In this document: positions 1 to 15,019 of the stretch, piece after piece
Layout: every line of letters starts with the position of its first letter
Position numbering within the stretch: the first letter of the stretch is position 1
NCBI GenBank assembly: GCA_051294375.1
Contig: CM119268.1
Location: 11,067,587 to 11,131,586, forward strand
Direction of reading: 5' to 3'
Length of the DNA stretch: 64,000 nt
From: Paraspadella gotoi
Lineage: Eukaryota; Animalia; Chaetognatha
The notes under the pieces: model-generated
Seen by the model: the letters and a program-made list of their open reading frames with translations, nothing else
Database searches by the model: none
Told to the model about the DNA's origin: nothing
Program-made: the position numbers and the translations under genes

Positions 1-690
1 AATTTTACGGCTAAATTTTACTTTAGCGGATGGCGGTTTTGGCGGCTTTTGAAAAACCACTTACCATTGATTTTTTGAGGAGATAACCTCAAGAGCTGTC
101 GATAGGAATTTCGGGTCATCCGAAGCCTTTTCGATAATCGAGGTCAGAATCTAACGTCCATTCTTCCGTATAAAGGCAATTATTTGCGGGCAGTTTTGTT
201 TGTATGGCTATAAGTTCTGACAAACGGATCCAAACGGATCCAAACGGCGAATTTCTTTGTTAAAAAAAATTAACGCCGATGGCGGTGGTTTCAGATGCGG
301 AAAGCTAAAACGAAAACCTACGATAAACACCATGCCAAATTGACAACAATACTGACAAGCAAAGCTAGAATTTGCAAACAAAGAAATAAGTTGAGGCTTG
401 CTGACCGACTAGTCGACATTTCGTTGGCGTATCTCTTGAAAAATTTTATTCCTAACGCTTTGGCGAGAGGATAAACAATTCACGTTTTCCCTTAACGAAA
501 TCAGTCGGCCTCAAAGCAGGTTCGTTATTGAGGCCGTATTCGTAAGAAAAAGTTTCGGATGTTCAAAATTAAAAAATTTGACCATGTATTCGATTAAACA
601 CGGTATGTATAATATCATTCATATATAGAAAGTATAAAAAAGCAGAGATAAATAAGGGAATATTTCAACAATCTTTCGAGAATATATGGC

Positions 691-706
691 AGCCCTAAAA
701 AGGGCT
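691..706 (-). promoter_or_regulatory. H2B histone 3' stem-loop (variant AGCCCT-TTTT-AGGGCT)
   Basis: 16-nt hairpin about 38 nt after the stop, followed 14 nt later by AAAGATTG (HDE-like). Confidence 0.92.
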
Positions 707-743
707 TTTGGGGTGGATCGCGTCAGATAGTCTTCGGAAAGAT

Positions 744-1115
744 CTACTTGGAGCTGGTGTATTTGGTGACGGCCTTGGTGCCCTCAGAGACGGCGTGCTT
801 GGCCAATTCACCGGGGAGTAGAAGCCTGACGGCCGTCTGGATCTCCCTGGAGGTGATGGTCGTCCTCTTGTTGTAGTGGGCCAGGCGGGAAGCCTCAGCC
901 GCGATGCGTTCGAAGATGTCATTGACGAACGAGTTCATGATGCTCATGGCCTTGGATGAGACACCAGTATCGGGGTGAACTTGCTTCAACACCTTGTAGA
1001 TGTAGATGGCGTAAGATTCCTTACGCTTTCTCTTCTTCTTCTTCTCGCCGCCAGAACGGGCGGCCTTAGCCTTGCCGGCCTTCTTGGCACCCTTCGAAGA
1101 AACCTTGGGAGGCAT
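744..1115 (-). CDS. H2B: Histone H2B (replication-dependent, intronless)
   Basis: Full [15 protein letters not shown]...[41 protein letters not shown]...AVTKYTSSK; 3' histone stem-loop at 691-706. Confidence 0.99.
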   Translation of the reverse strand: MPPKVSSKGAKKAGKAKAARSGGEKKKKRKRKESYAIYIYKVLKQVHPDTGVSSKAMSIMNSFVNDIFERIAAEASRLAHYNKRTTITSREIQTAVRLLLPGELAKHAVSEGTKAVTKYTSSK

Positions 1116-1803
<688 letters not shown>

Positions 1804-1833
1804 AGAGTTAACTAAATATAACCACACCCCAAT

Positions 1834-1849
1834 AGCCCTTTTTAGGGCT
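1834..1849 (+). promoter_or_regulatory. H2A histone 3' stem-loop (variant AGCCCT-TTTT-AGGGCT)
   Basis: 16-nt hairpin after the stop, followed 14 nt later by AAAGATCTG. Confidence 0.92.
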
Positions 1850-2596
1850 GCCAAAATCTCTAAAAAGATCTGTCAATTTTTTAGTTGATAATAACTACTA
1901 CTAATTGGTTAGTTTGCCAGTCCGAAAGTTAGATGTAGCTCGTTCAGTTTCTCTTCGAAAAAATCGGCAGTAAATTTCTAAAAGTTGATGTTAAAATAAA
2001 CGAGCGTAAATCGGGTATGAAATTAAACCTATTAACTCATCTTACGCTTCGTCACTAGTGTTAAAATTCAAAAATTGCTAAATCCACGAAGTTTCGGAAT
2101 AACGTGAGTCATTGCATGGGGGCCTGAAACAACGAAAGCCCTTCTTTAAGTCAGGTCAAGATGGATAATTGAATAATTTTTATATTAGTTGCATCATTTT
2201 CATAGCTATCTCCCCCACGTGCAGAAAGCTGATTCCGACAAAATTTCCAGTTTGCCCACAGTTAATTGAAGCTTTTGGCGGTTGGGGATAAGTTCTAACT
2301 TTCCTAAAAGCTATCTTTCCTAAAAGCCATCGCCCATGAAGTTTCGCGACGAGAAAATATAATTTATAAATATAAGTTATTTCCGTCTGTCGCTCTCCCA
2401 GAATGCATCACTGACTTTCTTTCAGAAAAATAACTGTCTCAAATGTGAAATTTTCTAACGAAGTAATTCAAGGATTACTGATTTAACTTGTAATAATAGA
2501 ATTCTACACGAATAGAAGATTATTATTCTTTCAAAGCTTTTTAGCAGCAGCAACCAGAAAAAAATAGTTATTTCGACAATCTTTTGAAAATTTTGT

Positions 2597-2612
2597 GGCC
2601 CTTAAAAGGGCC
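2597..2612 (-). promoter_or_regulatory. H4 histone 3' stem-loop GGCCCT-TTTA-AGGGCC
   Basis: Consensus stem-loop, downstream AAAGATTGTC. Confidence 0.95.
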
Positions 2613-2646
2613 GTTGGGGTGGTAAGTAATGATTTAGAAACACTTC

Positions 2647-2964
<318 letters not shown>

Positions 2965-3672
2965 TTATAAAGAGTTGAGTTATGATTAAGATGGAAAACA
3001 AGAGAGATGATACCTGAAGGGAGGCCCTATAATATATATCTTTCGATCGTACCTCAACGGCTGCCTGCTTACTGAAAGCACCAATCAGCTACGAGTGCCT
3101 TCGACGAAAATTGACTAATCAGCGAAGGGCAACGGGATCGAGTGGCAACGGTTGAGCGGGAGATTCGTCTTCACGAGAACAAAGACGTTCGTCGAAACTC
3201 AAAAATGAATAAGAATAAAATGATTAAGAATAGCAACGGTTGCCGAGTCGGCACTTTTGTCTTGATTGTGAATAAGAGAAGCCGTTTCACTTCGAAAGTT
3301 ATTTTGAATTATATAGGTTACAATAATACATATTGTGATGATTATGATTATACTTTAAGAGCTGCTTGTAAAAGATGGGATTGAGAACAAAGGATTACAA
3401 ATACCGATTAGGAGTGAGTCGATTCGAGTCATCTTCTACTAAAAAGTGTTAATTCGATGTTGTTGCATGGTTGGTATTAAGATTTTCGCAATCCAATGAG
3501 AGTTAGCCTTCGTCAGCGCGAATGAGATTGTGACAGAAATTACACATTTTCTCTTTTATACGTTTATTATTGGTCGAATATCCAACATAATTTTTTCTCT
3601 TCGTAATTTTCATCTCCGAAATCAATTTCTATAGTTTTGAAAAATACTAGTCCGTAAATACTGAATCAATAC

Positions 3673-4378
3673 TAGGGTTCCAATAACCGTTAATTTTTGA
3701 AAAATTTAGCTTAACCGTTAAAACTAATATTTTTAACGGTTAACCGTTAAAATCGGTTAATTTTATAATTTTACTTTAAATTTAAAATATTATTATTTAA
3801 ATCAAACTAAAGTATTTAATAGTATTTTATCTTTAACTCTTGCTCCTGTATCTTTTTTATCTTCTATTTCAGATAGATAGGTACACATTTTAGTTAGTAA
3901 ATTAAAAATTGATTTGAGCAAACTATTTTGAATCCACCTATGATAATTTAGCTAATCAGATAATGCATCGTGATAAATCTTATTTACAAAACTTTTTCTT
4001 TTACCTCATAGCATAATAAAAATATAAAAAGGACAAAGAAAGAAAAACCACTAGGTAATTCTAATTCTATGTTTTGTCTTTTCTTTCTCTCTCTTTCTCT
4101 TTTTCTTTAGTTATATCTCTTCATTATTTTTCTTGATGTCAGTTTCGTGAACGCTTGTTTTCTTTTTTTTTATTTTTTCATAAGCCATAAGGAGAATAAG
4201 AGAGGACAAGAAAAAATTACTTTTCTTTTAAAAAATCAAAGATTTTATACCAAAAAATAAAAAAATCATATTTAAAAATTAACCGAATTTAACCGTTAAA
4301 ATAAATATATTAACGGTTAGGTTAAAATTATTTTTAATCGTTAATAACCGTTAACTGTTAACGGTTATCGTAACCCTA
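3673..4378. mobile_element. Non-autonomous hAT-type DNA transposon (MITE), 706 bp
   Basis: Imperfect TIRs TAGGGTTccaATAACCGTTA / TAACGGTTATcgtAACCCTA, perfect 8-bp TSD ATCAATAC (3665-3672, 4379-4386), many subterminal TAACCGTTA/TAACGGTTA motifs; an 8-bp TSD with TAGGG ends is typical of hAT. Confidence 0.88.
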
Positions 4379-4996
4379 ATCAATACATATGTTATATAAC
4401 TACGTTTTGATTAGTATCGTTTAAAAGCGTTGGTCAACACCGAATTTAAATAAAAATAATCGTACGATAGTGTACATATTAACGTATTATTATGTTATTA
4501 TTCGTTTATAAAGAAGGCAAAATTTATGACAAAAAGAATCATCAAAGCTTCTCTCCATATCAAAATGTTAAATGACAAAGAAGGACAATATAACCTATTC
4601 TGGTGGTCCTATCACCACAGATGGATTAAAGCTGTTTCTTTCGCAGCGCCTCAGTGGCTATAACCTATAACCTATAGCTTAAAAATCCATATAAACTTTC
4701 TTCCACGGTTGACACAAAGTGGCAGACAAATTAAAGGAAAACCTAGGATTTTAATTTTATTAATTCTTTCTCTTGATAAATAAATTCAATCAAGTGCGAT
4801 TTCGTTTACAATTGAAAGTTGTACTAAAGCCATGCACTAAAGCCATGACTGAACTAATATTAGATAAATATAGATATTTAATTATTTATTTATTGGTAAA
4901 TTTAACAGAATAAAGATTCGTGCTAAATTCTTAATAACTTTGGGATAAACTAATCGAATTGGCAACGTCGGATCAACGGATCGGATGTTACTGAAA

Positions 4997-5041
4997 TTTC
5001 GACCAATCAGAAGGCAGCTCTCCTCGGGCTCAGTATAAAAA
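4997..5041 (+). promoter_or_regulatory. H3 core promoter (TTCGACCAATC + TATAAAA)
   Basis: Same TCGACCAAT box as the H2A/H2B promoter; TATA at about 5034. Confidence 0.7.
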
Positions 5042-5099
5042 CAGCGGCTCGTTCGCTCCGACTCAAAAATCCCTCCGTAAATTCATTTACCTTCCGTAA

Positions 5100-5528
<429 letters not shown>

Positions 5529-5557
5529 AAGGCTCGATTAGACATAACCACCCAAAA

Positions 5558-5573
5558 GGCCCTTTTTAGGGCC
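5558..5573 (+). promoter_or_regulatory. H3 histone 3' stem-loop GGCCCT-TTTT-AGGGCC
   Basis: Consensus stem-loop, downstream AAAGATCGTC. Confidence 0.95.
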
Positions 5574-6259
5574 ACTATTTCTTTAAAGATCGTCATGAAT
5601 AATTACGAGTTAGTGGTAATAGGTATCCGAATGCTACTGACATAACTGTCTTGGAAGAATTCGTAAATATGCGCGAATAAAAGTTAATGACAATTAATTG
5701 CAACTTATGTTCACGAATCGTACCATAGTTTATTTTGGTATTAATTTATAAATGTGAGAAACTTTTTAACGTTAAAAAACAAGTGAGCCAAATCGCTGTA
5801 AATTTTTTAGGTCATAGCCGTATGAACAGGCTGTAAATATGATCCATTAGATTTAAAACTGTCATTCGAAAGACGTTTGAACTTGAATGTGAGGACCAAT
5901 AGAATTCGCTCGCGACCGTTAAATTTGAAAAATGATTTCGCGGTTTACGGCGAGAGGGCGGGAACACAAAAGCCCGACTCTCGTCTGGCAGAGATCTAGA
6001 CTGTTTGTTATATAGTAAAAAAAAGTAGGTTAGTAGGTTGATAACTTTAAAAATACGATGGGATTCGAAAAAGAAAATTGTTGAAAATGAAATAGCCTAA
6101 AGATTTGACATAATAGTTCACGGCCGAAGATGAAAATATAACCGTTTCTTCTAAAAGAAATCTTAAAACTTAGTGCCAACTGCCAAATACTAGAACGAAA
6201 CTTAGTGATTTTTAAAAAGTGAATGATTGTCTTAGATTTGCAAATGTAGTATTAAAAAC

Positions 6260-6514
6260 TAATTTTTATATTGGTTGTACCAATTTCATCTTTGAAATAT
6301 TATACCACTTCATTGATAGGGAAGCCAGGTTCACAGGGAGTGAATAAACAAAACTGTGAGAGAGTCTTGATTGAAACCTTGCAGAAACCTGCTATGTTAT
6401 TATCTTGTAAGTGTATTGGAGGCCTTAAACCACCAAAGCTTGTCCAAAGTCAGGGACAAGATAGCTTATTTATTAAATGAATGGATAATTTTTATATTGG
6501 TTGTACCAATTTCA
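6260..6514 (+). repeat. Structured non-coding repeat family, copy A (3'-end fragment plus 5'-truncated unit in tandem)
   Basis: Aligns by eye with the reverse complement of 61240-61470 and with 53460-53625; terminal TTTTTATATTGGTTGTACCAATTTCA occurs at both ends. Confidence 0.85.
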
Positions 6515-6749
6515 TTCAATTTATATTTAAATAGAGAATCATTGTGGGAATAAATACTAACCTGTGCATGCGATGTTAATATTAATATTAATAAATATCA
6601 TATAGCAAAAAAAATCATAGTACTTTTTAGTAGTTATTATTCTGAGAACGACTCAGATTTTGTGATTCGTCATGCGGAAAAACCATGATGAAGAAGATAA
6701 AAAAAATCACATGATCAAGTGTAATTACGCCTCTCTCTTTCCATCTCTT

Positions 6750-6835
<86 letters not shown>

Positions 6836-6870
6836 CTCCCTCGCTCTCCCTCTCTCTCCCCGCCATTCAG

Positions 6871-9481
6871 AAAGCGTTCGGCCTTCCTTCCGGGTTCGGC
6901 GGCGGCGTTGGCTTCTCAGCAGCGGACGTCGCCGCCATTTTCGGATTCCGAGAGTGCTTCGTCATCACCATCTGCGTCTTCGGGATCTTGGGTGAGGTTT
7001 GGGTGGGGTAGGGAAGGGAAGACGGTGACGGATTGGTTGGAGGGAAGGAAGGAGTTGGGGAGAGGATCAGGTGAGGAAGAAAAGGTAATAGGGATGAAAT
7101 AGAAGAGTTGGGCGATGAAGTTGGAAGATGAAAAGAGGAGAATAAGAAGAAAATAAATAAATAAATAATAAATAAAAAGCGGAAAGGAAATTAGTTAAAT
7201 AAGATGAAGTATATTAGTAATAAATACCATAAAAACTATGAACCTGGCTTTTTTGGTTGGCTACCCCCGAGGATTTGGTCCTGCCGAGAAAAGATAGGGC
7301 ATAGGGAGAATTTAAAAGAATTAAAGAGAATATCACCACCGATGAAAGAAGATGGGGTGTGAAATGAAAGATAATGCTGCGTGAATGTGCTGTAAGTGAT
7401 TTACGGTTGACGTTTTATCGCCTCGTATTTGTGGTGAGGGATCGAGGTCAGATGAATCACGGCTTCAAAATGAATGTTCTTCGCCAGTCTACAAGGAATT
7501 TAGAAGGTATTCTCTCTGAAAACGCGTTTAACTCTTACGTAACCCTGCATTCAACAAGGCCATTTAATCAATTCATACCTCAACCCCTTAAATCCCGTTT
7601 GAAACCCGCCTCTGCCTTACCAGTTACCAACCTCCCCCGTCTCTTACCAGGAAACGCCCTTTGCTTCTCGGTCTGGATCTCGCGCCACATGCGATCCAAC
7701 ACGGCCAACTACCTGGCCTTTCTCTCCGTCTCCGATGGAGTCACTCTTTGCGCCATGATCGCCTGTCAGCTCGACAAAATATGGGGAACTTACCTTTTGT
7801 ACGGTGAGTGAGGGAGAGTGAGACAACGAGAGACAATGAGTCAACCAGAACATTTTTTTTTTCCTTCGTCAATATTATCATGAACGGCTGACAGAGAGAG
7901 AGAGAGAGAGAGCGAGAGAGACAGAGACAGAGAAAATTTACATGGCCAGGGGGTGTTGGGAAAATAGATTAGACGGATGGAGGCTCTGTCGTCTCCAGAA
8001 TCTTTCCCCCTCCCACTCAGCCGATTCCTCTTCTTCTCTTTATTTTTTAGAAAATAAAAAGAAAGAGAAAAAAAAGAACAAAAACAAATTTGTTTCGGAT
8101 TCCTTCTAATTTTAAATCCCTCGACTTTTCCTTTTCCCCTTTCATCTTTGTCGACTTAGTCTAGGATTTTAAAAGCCGAGCTAACACCCCCCCTCGTTTT
8201 TTTCCGTTGTTTTTGATTTTATCGATGTTGTTTTCATTGTTTTAGTGTTAGCGGGTTCCAGACGAAAAAAAATTTAAGAATGCCGCGTTGTTTTCCTGGC
8301 GAATACGACGCATTATTTAGTTGACAGCGTTGACAAAATTTCAGCGGTGGTGAATGCGGCGGCGGAGGCTGCGGTGGCGGACGCACCGGCAGAGGCGCAG
8401 GCGACGGTGACGGAGGCGTCTGAGGAGAAGGCTTCCACGGGCGTTAATGGAAACGATAATATTTTCCCCACTTCTCCCAAGCTTTCTCTTATCGATTCTG
8501 ATTTGCGACAATGTAATTCACGACAGCCATTTGCATCTGCGCCGGAGACGATCGCTATTTACGGGCGAGAATCATTTCAGAATAAGAGACGCGTAGTCGC
8601 CGTCACAGAGCAAATCGGTACTGATGTCTTTGATAGCGGTTGTTCGTAACAATGGCGCCGATCCAGTTCCTGATTAAAATTTGAAAGGCTTCGTGAGGAT
8701 CTTTACCTCTCTCTCTCTCTTACTCGTTATTTTCTTTCATTCTCTCTAATATTTTTTATAATTTATAATTTTTATATTGGTTGTACCAATTTCATTTTTA
8801 TCTCTTTCCACCCTAACCTATTTCTTTAACACCGCCCTATTACACCTCTCTCGTCCATCCATAACCCCTGCACCCCTATCTTCTCCCCCATCGCCACCTC
8901 TAAACCCCGGATTTGACCTTCGCCCCGATTTTCCACGCCATTCCAAAAAAAAAATAGTTTCCTCGAATCTATGATTTTCCCACCGATTTCCTCCGCCCGT
9001 CGTTTTAATCCCCTGAAACCCGGATGTCATTCGAACGTGTTCGCCCGTTTATCAAGTTCACGTCTCTCGGTCGTCGTTAGCCGAAAATACATTCATATCT
9101 CGTTATTTTATACAACATTTTAAAAAACTTAAGTTTACAAAAAATCTAACTGCAAAAGGTTATCTTCAACAGACAATTAAAAGCAGAACACCGAAATGTC
9201 CCTAAAAAAATTTTTAAAGTTCATAACTTGGATGTATTGTATACGTACTAATTGATCTTGATCTTAATAAAATATCATCATTTTTATCTTCGTTATCGTC
9301 ATCGTCATCATAATCATCATTAACAGTGTATCCTTCGATTTTCTTCTGCTCTTTTTTCCTAGCAGCTCGTTGTCCGTGATATATTTTTTAATAAACACAA
9401 GGTTTTAAAAAGAGACGAAAAGTGTGTGTGAGAAGGAGAAAGAGAAGGAAGAGAGAGAGAGAGAGAGAAGGAGAGAGAAGA

Positions 9482-9513
<32 letters not shown>

Positions 9514-10255
9514 ATAGAGAGAGGGAGGAGAGAGAGAGAGACCGAGCGAAAAAAAAATGTAATTCGCTCTTCCTCAGTGCATAAAACCTTTTTTTTTTCT
9601 TGTTGATCAGTACAAAGAAAGAAGAGATCAACCGTCCGTTCTCTTTCGGCTTTTATGCTGCTGCATTTTTGATGCCGCGACTTTTTTTTTTCCCTACCTT
9701 TCACCGTTTTATTAAGCAAAAATCCTGATCTATTCACGAAAACGCATAGTTGTACGGTACTTACTGAGGCTCGATTCCTTTCGTTGTAATCAACGTTTCC
9801 CTTCCCCCTCAATACCATTATATGGAACCGGGAGTTTGATTAAATTCCTTTATTTTTCTTTCCTTTCGCACCCATAAACCTCTCATTAAAACTGGTCCCC
9901 CTCTTCTCCCTCCTTTTCCCGTTCCCCTCTCGTCCTGTTCCTTCTTTATCCAAAATTCATTTCAAAGCGCCGTCAGTATCTTAATGTATTCAAACTGTTA
10001 ATCAATATTGATTAATATATTGCAACTTCTCTCCCTTTCCCTCTCGTCGTACTCCGCAACCCTCTTGCCACCGCCCACTCCCGCCTACTCCGCCCCCCCT
10101 TCCCCTCATTTCGCAAACAGCGACGTTGCGTCTTTCGTGATCAACTGGACGCAGTCCGCTGTCCAGCGTCTTTGGTGCTGACGGTGACGATGGATAGACT
10201 CGTTTTCCCATCTACTGGCCATGAAAAGTCGCAACATTTCTGTTTCATCTTCAAG
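6871..10255 (+). CDS. Rhodopsin-class (peptide-receptor-like) GPCR, N-terminal half: exons 6871-6991 (TM1), 7651-7803 (TM1-TM2), 10121-10255 (TM3, indel-corrupted)
   Basis: AG/GT-bounded, phase-compatible exons translate ...FRECFVITICVFGIL|GNALCFSVWISRHMRSNTANYLAFLSVSDGVTLC (GN and LAxxD-type motifs); the third exon contains LVLTVTMDRLV and IYWP in adjacent frames (DRY-region); no start codon in these exons. Confidence 0.82.
8765..8794 (+). repeat. Solo 3'-terminal fragment of the structured repeat family
   Basis: ATAATTTTTATATTGGTTGTACCAATTTCA identical to 6485-6514. Confidence 0.8.
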
Positions 10256-12271
10256 GTGACGGGGAGAGGGGGAAGCGATTAAAAGAGGGAGGAAAGAAAA
10301 AGGAAAGGGAAACGAGAAAAAGAGAGAGGGGAGAGCGAGATAAAAAGAGAGAATGAGAGAGAGAGAGGAGAGTTCCGGCATCGGTTGAAATCAAAAGGAA
10401 CTGAGATATCAAAAGAAAGAAAAACCGTTAAAAAGTTTAAAAAAAATAAAAATAAACGATACTTTTAGGTAGAAAGCTTTGATCAAAGAAAAAAAAAAAC
10501 TGTCTTGGCGTTTGGGGTCTAAAAACTTTTGCTCCCTCTCGCCTTTTCGGAAGCCTCTTTCCGTTTCATTTAAAACTCCGCCAGTTTTTTTTTTCTTTTT
10601 TTCGCTCTTTCCTCACTTTCCTCCTTTTCTTTTTTTTTCTTTTTTCTTTTCTTTTCTCTCCTTTCTCCCACTTTCCTCCTTTTCTGTGGTGAGAATTTTT
10701 TCTCCTCTCTCCATCGATTTGCACGTGGACCATTTTATATAAATTTCGATTTCTCTTTCAATCCCGTGATTCACTATATGAAACTTCCTTTTGTTTAATC
10801 ACTGTGAAGTTAGAGGTATGGGTATGTTATCATTTATAAGAGGGAAGGAGGTTTAAAAACTATCATTGAACATTTTTACACGCATTGAATGTACCAATTT
10901 CTGAAGCATCATTCTTTCCTTATATAATTTTTTATATTTGACTATTCTATACGTACATACGTACACACATGTACATATTAGTATATAGATTCTCCTGAAG
11001 TCACTCNNNNNNNNNNNNNNNNNNNNNNNNNCGAAAACCATAGTGTACGGTACTATACTGAGGCTCGAATTCCTTTCGGTTGTATCAGCGTTTCCCTTCC
11101 CCCTCAATACATTTATATGGAAACCGGGAGTTTGATTAAATTCCTTTATTTTTCTTTCCTTTCGCACCCAATAAACTCTCATTAAACTGGTCCTCCTCTT
11201 CCTCCTCCTTTTTCCCGTTCCCCCTCCTCTTCCTCCTCCTTCTCCCCGTTCCCCCTCCTCGTCCTGTTCCTTCTTTATCCATAATCTCATTTCAAAGCGC
11301 CGTCAGATTCTTTATGTATTCAAACTGTTAATCATATGATTAATATATGCAACTTCTCTCCCTTTCCCCTCGTCGTACTCCGCAACCCTCTGCCACGCCC
11401 ACTCCCGCCTACTCCGCCCCCCCNNNNNNNNNNNNNNNNNNNNNNNNNCCTCCCCCCCTCTTTAATCGCTTCCTCCTCTCCCAACGGTCACCTTGAAGAT
11501 GGAAACAGAAATGTCCGACTTCATTGGCCAGTAGATTGGAAATCGAGTCTATCCATCGTCACCGTCAGCACCAAAGCACGCTGGACAGCGGACTGCGTCC
11601 ATTGATCACGAAGAACGCAACGTCGCTGTTTGGCGAATGAGGGGAAGGGGGGGCGGAGTAGGCGGGAGTGGGCGTGGCAGAGCGGTTGCGGAGTACACGA
11701 GGAGGGAAAGGGAGAGAAGTTGCATATATATTAATCATATGATTAACAGTTTGAATACTTAAGAATCTTACGGCGCTTTGAAATGAGATTTGGATAAAGA
11801 AGGAACAGGACGAGGAGGGGAACGGGAAAAGGAGGAGAAGAGGAGGACCAGTTTTAATGAGAGTTATGGGTGCGAAAGAGAAAGAAAATAAAGGAAATTT
11901 AATCAAACTCCCGGTTTCCATATAAATGTATTGAGCGGGGAGGGCAAACGTTGATACAACGAAAGAATCGAGCCTCGTAAGTTACCGTACAACTATGGTT
12001 TTCGTGATAGATCAGGATTTTTTTGCTTAAATAAAACGGTGAAAGGTGAGGGAAAAAAAAAAGTCGCGGCATCAAAAATGCAGCAGCATAAAGCGAAAGA
12101 GAACGACAGGTTGATCTCTTCTTTCTTTGTACTGATCAACAAGAAAAAAAAAAAGGTTTTATGCACTGAGGAAGAGCGAATTTACATTTTTTTTTCGCTC
12201 GGTCTCTCTCTCTCTCCCCCCTCTCGTCTATTCTCTCTCCTCTCTCTCTCTCTCTCTCTCCTCTTCTTCTC

Positions 12272-12302
<31 letters not shown>

Positions 12303-14961
12303 CCTTCTCTTTCTCCTTCTCACACACACTTTCGTCTCTTTAATATAAAACCTTGTGTTATAAAAATATATCACGGACAACGAGGCGCTAGAAAAAAGAG
12401 CAGAGAAAATCAAGATACACTGTTAATGATGATTATGATGACGATGACGATAACGAAGATAAAAATGATGATATTTATTAAGATCAAGATCATTAGTACG
12501 TATACAATACATCCAAGTTATGAACTTTAAAATTTTTAGGGACATTTTTCGGGTTCTGCCTTTTAATTGTCTGTGAAGATAACCTTTTGCAGTTAGGATT
12601 TTTTGTAAACTTAAAGTTTTTTAAATGCTTGTATAAAATAACGAGATATGAATGTATTTTCGGCTAACGACGACCGAGAGACGTGAACTTGATAAACGGG
12701 CGAACACGTTCGGATGACACCGGGTTTCAGGGATTAAAACGACGAGCGGAGGAAATCGGTGGGAAACATAGATTCGAGGAAAACTATTTTTTTTTTTGGA
12801 ATGGCGTGGAAAATCGGGCGAAGGTCAAATCCGGGGTTAGAGGTGGCGATGGGGGAGAAGATAGGGGTGCAGGGGTTATGGATGGACGGAGAAGAGGTGT
12901 AATAGGGCGGTGTAAAGAAATAGGTTAGGGTGGAAAGAGAATAAAAATGAAATTGGTACAACCAATTATAAAATTATAAATTATAAAAAAATATTAGAGA
13001 GAATGAAAGAAAATAACGCAGTAAGAGAGAAGGAGAGGTTAAAGATCCTCACGAAGCCTTTCAAATTTTAATCAGGAACTGGATCGGCCGCCATGTGTTA
13101 CGAACAAACCGCTATCAAAAGACAGTACACTTTGTGGCGCACATATCGCGCGTCTTGCGCATACCGTTCTTATGAAATTGATATCTCAGCCCGGTAAAAT
13201 TAGCGATTTCGTCTTCCGGGCGCAGATGCATAATGGCTGTTCGTGAATTACATTGTCGCAAATCAGAATCGCATAAGAGAAAGCTTGGGAGAATGGGGAA
13301 AATATTAATCGTTTCCTTAACGCCCGTGGAAGCCTTCTCCTCAGACGCCCCGTCACCGTCGCCTGCGCCTCTATGCCGGTGCGTCCGCCACCCGCAGCCG
13401 CCACCGCCAGCCGCCGCCGCGCTTCTCACACACTCGCTGAAATTGTTGTCCAAACCGCTTGTCAACTAAATAATGCGTCGTATTCGCCAGGTAAAACAAC
13501 GCGGCCATTCTTAAATTTTTTTTCGTCTGGACCCGCTAACACTTAAAACAATGAAAAAAACATCCGATAAAATCAAAAACAACGGAAAAAAACGAGGGGG
13601 GTGTTAGCTCGCGCTTTTAAAATCCTAGACTAGTCGACAAAGATGAAAGGGAAAAGAAAAGTCGAGGCGATTTAAAATTAGAAGGAATCCGAAACAATTG
13701 TTTTTGTTCTTTTTTTTCTCTTTCTATTTTATATTCCTAAAAAAATAGAGAGAAGGAAGCAGGAATCGGCGTGAGTGGGAGGGGGAAAGATTTCTGGAGA
13801 CGCACAGCCTCCAATCCGTCTAATCTATTTTCCCAACACACCCCTGGCATGTAATTTTCTCTGGTCTCTGTCTCTCTCGACTCTCTCTCTCTCTCTCTCT
13901 GTCAGCCGTTCATGATAATATTGACGAGGAAAAAAAAAATGTTCTGGTTGACTCATTGTCTTTCGTATGTCTTTTCCACTCTCCCTCACTCACCGTACAA
14001 AACGTAAGTTCCCCATATTTTGTCGAGCTGACAGGGCGATCATGGCGCAAGAGTGACTCCATCGGAGACGGAGAGAAAGGCCATAGTTGCCGTGTGGAGA
14101 TCGCATGTGCGCCGGAGATCCAGACGAGAAGCAAAGGGCGTTTCCTTGTGTAGAGACGGGGAGGTTGGTAACTGGTAGGCAGAGGCGGGTTTTCAAACGG
14201 GATTTAAGGGGTGAGGTAGAATTGATTAAATGGCCTTGTTGATATGCAGGTTACGTAAGAGTTAAACGCGTTTTCAGAGAGAATACCTTTCTAATTCCTT
14301 GTACGACTGGCGAAAACATTCATTTGAAGCCGTGATTCATCTGACCTCGATCCCTCACACAAATACGAGGCGATAAAACGTCAACCGTAAATCACTTACA
14401 GCACATTCACGCAGCATTCTTTTCCATTTCAACCCCATCTCTTTTTCATCGGTGTGATATTCTCTATTATTCTTTTAAATTCTCCCTATGCCCTATCTTT
14501 TCTCGGCAGGACCAAATCCTCGGGGGGTAGCCAAACCAAAAAGCCAGTGTCATAGTTTTATGGTATTATTACTTATATTCATCTATAACTAATTAACCTT
14601 TCCTTTTTATTTATTATATTTTATTTATTTTCTTCTTATCTCCCTTTTCATCTTCCACTTCATCGCCAACTCTTCTATTTCATCCACTATTACCTTTTCT
14701 TCCTCACCTGATCCTCTCCCCAACTCCTTCTTCCCTCCAACCAATCCGTCAACCGTCTTCCCTCCCCTACCCACCCAATCCTCACCCAAGATCCCGAAGA
14801 CGCAGATGTGATGAACGAAGCACTCTCGAATCCGAAAATGGCGGCGAACGTCCGCTGCTGAGAAAGCCAACGCCGCGCCGAACCCGCGAAGGAAGGTCCG
14901 AACGCTTTCTGAATGGCGTGAGAGAGAGGGAGACGAGGGAGGGAGAGAGAGAGAGAGAAAA

Positions 14962-15019
<58 letters not shown>

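Noticed and set aside
1-306. Possible transposon end with AAACGGATCC tandem (221-246) and GGCGG motifs
   Set aside because: The other terminus and TSD lie outside the window, so it cannot be supported
6271-6480. Structured repeat as a small protein family (CERVLI...LLSCK...GGLKPP in three copies)
   Set aside because: No ATG starts, indels and a stop upstream in the longest copy; variation fits stem-loop constraints better, though a coding origin is not formally excluded
8347-8649. 100-aa Ala-rich ORF in the GPCR intron
   Set aside because: GTG start, low complexity, no recognisable domain or clear splice partners on either strand
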